From positions 2,609,589 through 2,673,588 of the forward strand of contig MU053994.1 of assembly GCA_013239625.1 (NCBI GenBank): a stretch of 64,000 nucleotides of DNA, in the 5' to 3' direction. The position numbers and the translations under genes are program-made. This DNA is from Lama guanicoe (Eukaryota). Below are positions 61,400-64,000 of this stretch, piece by piece. Below the pieces are notes generated by a model, which searched no databases, had not been told where the DNA came from, and worked only from the letters and a program-made list of their open reading frames with translations. Position 1 is the stretch's first letter. Each line of letters opens with the position of its first letter.

Positions 61400-64000
61400 T
61401 TTTTCCTTAATTAACATACAATATTATTGACATTTTTGTGTGCATACACTTGTATGAATTTTAACACATGTATATTGCTGTGTAACCACCACCATGGTTA
61501 GGATACAGAACAATTACATTGTACACACTCCACCCCAGATTCCCTTGGGCTACCTCGTTGTAGCAGGGTTGGCAAACTTCAACCAAGTCAAAGCTGGCTT
61601 GTGGCCTGTTTCTTAGGGACAGAAACTAAGAATGGTTTTTACATTTTGTTTAGTTTTGTTTTTTATTGAAGTATAGTCAGTTTACAATGTTGTGTCAGTT
61701 TCTGGTGTACAGCATAATGTTTCAGTCATACATGCACATACATATATCCCTTTTCATATTCTTTTTCATTATAGGTTACTACAAGATATTGAATATAGTT
61801 CCCTGGGCTATACAGTAGAAACTTGTTTATCTATCTCATCTATAGTAGTTAGTATCCGCAAATCTCGAACTCCCAATTTATCCCTTCCCACCCCCTTTCC
61901 CCTCGGTAACCGTAAGTTTGTTTACTATGTCTGCGAGTCTGTTTCTGTTTTGTAAATAAGTTCTTTTGCGTCTTATTTTATTTTTTTTAGATTCTACCTA
62001 TGAGTGATATCATATGGTATTCTTCTTTCTCTTTCTGGCTTACTTCACTTACATTTTTAGAGCACTGCAAAAAGAACAAAAGTAACACCCAAAAATAAAG
62101 AATATGCAACAGAGACCACATGTGGCCCAGAGAGCCTAAAATGTTTACTATCTGTCCCTCTGCATTTTTACAGTCATGCCCTTGCCCCGCCCATAACCCC
62201 TGGAAACCACTAATCTTTGTCACTATAGTTTGTCTTTGAAAAATGTCATACAAATGGGATCATACAGTGTGTAGCCTTTTGAGAATTTGGAGCACACCAC
62301 CTTTGAGATTCAACCATGTTGTTGCATTTGTCAGTAGTTCTTTCCTTTTTATTGCTGAGTAGTATTCTATTGTATGGATATACTACCATTTGTTTATTCT
62401 TTCACCTGTTGAGGGGCATTTGGGTTGTTTCCTGTTTTGGCATTTATGAACAGAGCTGTTATGAACATTTATATATAGATTTTTGGGTGAATATGTTTTC
62501 ACTTCTCTAGGGAAATACCTAGGCGTGTGATTGCTGGGTCATACGGTAAGTGTGTGTTTAAATTTATAAAAAAAACAAACTGCCAAACTGTTTTTCAAAG
62601 TGGCTGTACCAGTTTGCATTCCAAATAGTAATGTATGAGAGTTCCAACTGGCTGTGCATCCTTGTCAGCAGTTGGCATTGTCAATATTTTTTATTGTAGC
62701 CATTCTAATAAGTAGATAGTGCTATTTCCTTGTGGTTTTAATTTGCATTTCCCTAATGACTAATGATGTTGAACATCTTTTTATGTGCTTATTTGCCATC
62801 CCTCTATCCTCTTTGGTGAAGTGTTGGTTCAAGTCTTTTGACATTAAAAAAAAAACTTTTTTATTATAAAATAACTAAATTCACAGGATATTGCAAAGAT
62901 AGTAGAGTGAGGTCCCATGTACACTTCACCGAGTTTGCCCCAATGTTTATATCTTAGTACCAAAACCAGCAATTGACATTGGAATGATGTGTGTGTATAG
63001 TTCTACTCCATGTTGTCATTTGTGGAGATTCGTATAAACACCACTGCAAGCAAGAGGCAGAGCTGCTCCATCACCACAAATATCTCCCTTGTGCTTTATA
63101 GTCAGCCACGCACCCCCTCTCAAACATCCCTAACTCCTGGAAACTAGTCATTTGTTTTCCATCTCTACACTTTTGTCACGTTGAGAATGCTATATAAATG
63201 GAATCATATAATATGTGACAGCTTGAGGTTCACTTTTGTCACTCAGCATGATACTCTCAAGATCCATCCAAGTTGTTGCATGTATCAAGAGGTCATTGCT
63301 TTTTATTGCAGAGAAATTATTCCATGGTATAGATGTACCACTGTTTGTTCACTATTCAACCACTGAGGAACATTTTGGTTGTTTCAATTTTTTGGCTATT
63401 GCAAATAATGTTGCTCTGATCATTTATGTACGAGTTTGTGTGGGCATAAATTTTCATACGTCTGGGGTAAATGCCCAGGAGTGTGATTGCTGGATTGTAT
63501 TTTAAGATTTTGCTCGTTTTAAAAGTTGGGCTGTTTGTTTTCTTATCGTGTAGTTTTGACAGTTTTATACCTACTGGATACAAGTCCTTTCTTTCAATGG
63601 ATCATGTTTTTGGTGTCATGTTTAAAGAATCGTTGTCTAGCCATTGATAATGATAATTTCTCCAACTTTTCATTCTAAAAGGTTTACAGTTTTATGTTTT
63701 ACATTTAGATATGGGATCCATTTTGAATTAATTTTGGGATAAGGTGTGAGACTTAGATCCAGGTTCACTTTTTTTTTTGCATGGGGATGTCCAATTGTTT
63801 TAATACAATTTGTTGAACAGTCTGTTCTTCCTCCATTGAATTGCCAAACTGATACATGCTACAATATGAATGAACCGTGAAAACATTCAAGAAGGAAGCT
63901 ACCCATAGAAGACCACATACTGTGTTCATTCCATTTATATGAAATGTTGAGAATAGGCAAATCTATAGAGACAGAAAGTAGAGTAGTGGTTGCCTAGGGC
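61400..64000. mobile_element. Nested L1 fragments and MER58-family MITE
   Basis: Minus L1MC-type split by a MER58-like element (~61564-62165), itself split by a minus L1 3' end (~61648-62048, TSD TTACATTTT); further L1 pieces to the window end. Confidence 0.72.

Noticed and set aside
1..64000. CRISPR arrays, prokaryote-type operons, rRNA, snoRNA or miRNA genes
   Set aside because: Eukaryotic intron/exon and repeat landscape; no regularly spaced repeats or recognisable structured RNA genes by eye (an Infernal/Rfam scan would be needed to exclude small RNAs)

Overview
Mammalian genomic DNA, most likely a camelid (three copies of a tRNA-derived SINE resembling the camelid Vic-1 type). MED14 is X-linked in eutherians, so this is probably the X chromosome. 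The left half (1-31 kb) holds the 5' part of MED14 (Mediator subunit 14) on the minus strand. I could place coding exons 1-15 at base resolution: 1980 nt, 660 codons, one open frame, all introns GT..AG; the gene continues off the left edge. Notable splicing features are a 27-nt microexon, a U12-type (minor spliceosome) intron 7 and an atypical GTTAAGT donor at intron 10. A CpG-island promoter with ETS/GC-box motifs lies at about 30.65-31.85 kb. The right half (32-64 kb) has no recognisable host gene and is mostly ancient transposon debris, including a nested ERVL > ERV1 > L1 > L1 / MER20 structure at 37.3-47.1 kb. I found no convincing evidence of a novel biological system. The findings are mostly splicing/translation oddities of MED14 and transposon archaeology. 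Repeat family names come from recalled consensus sequences, and repeat boundaries without a stated TSD are approximate.
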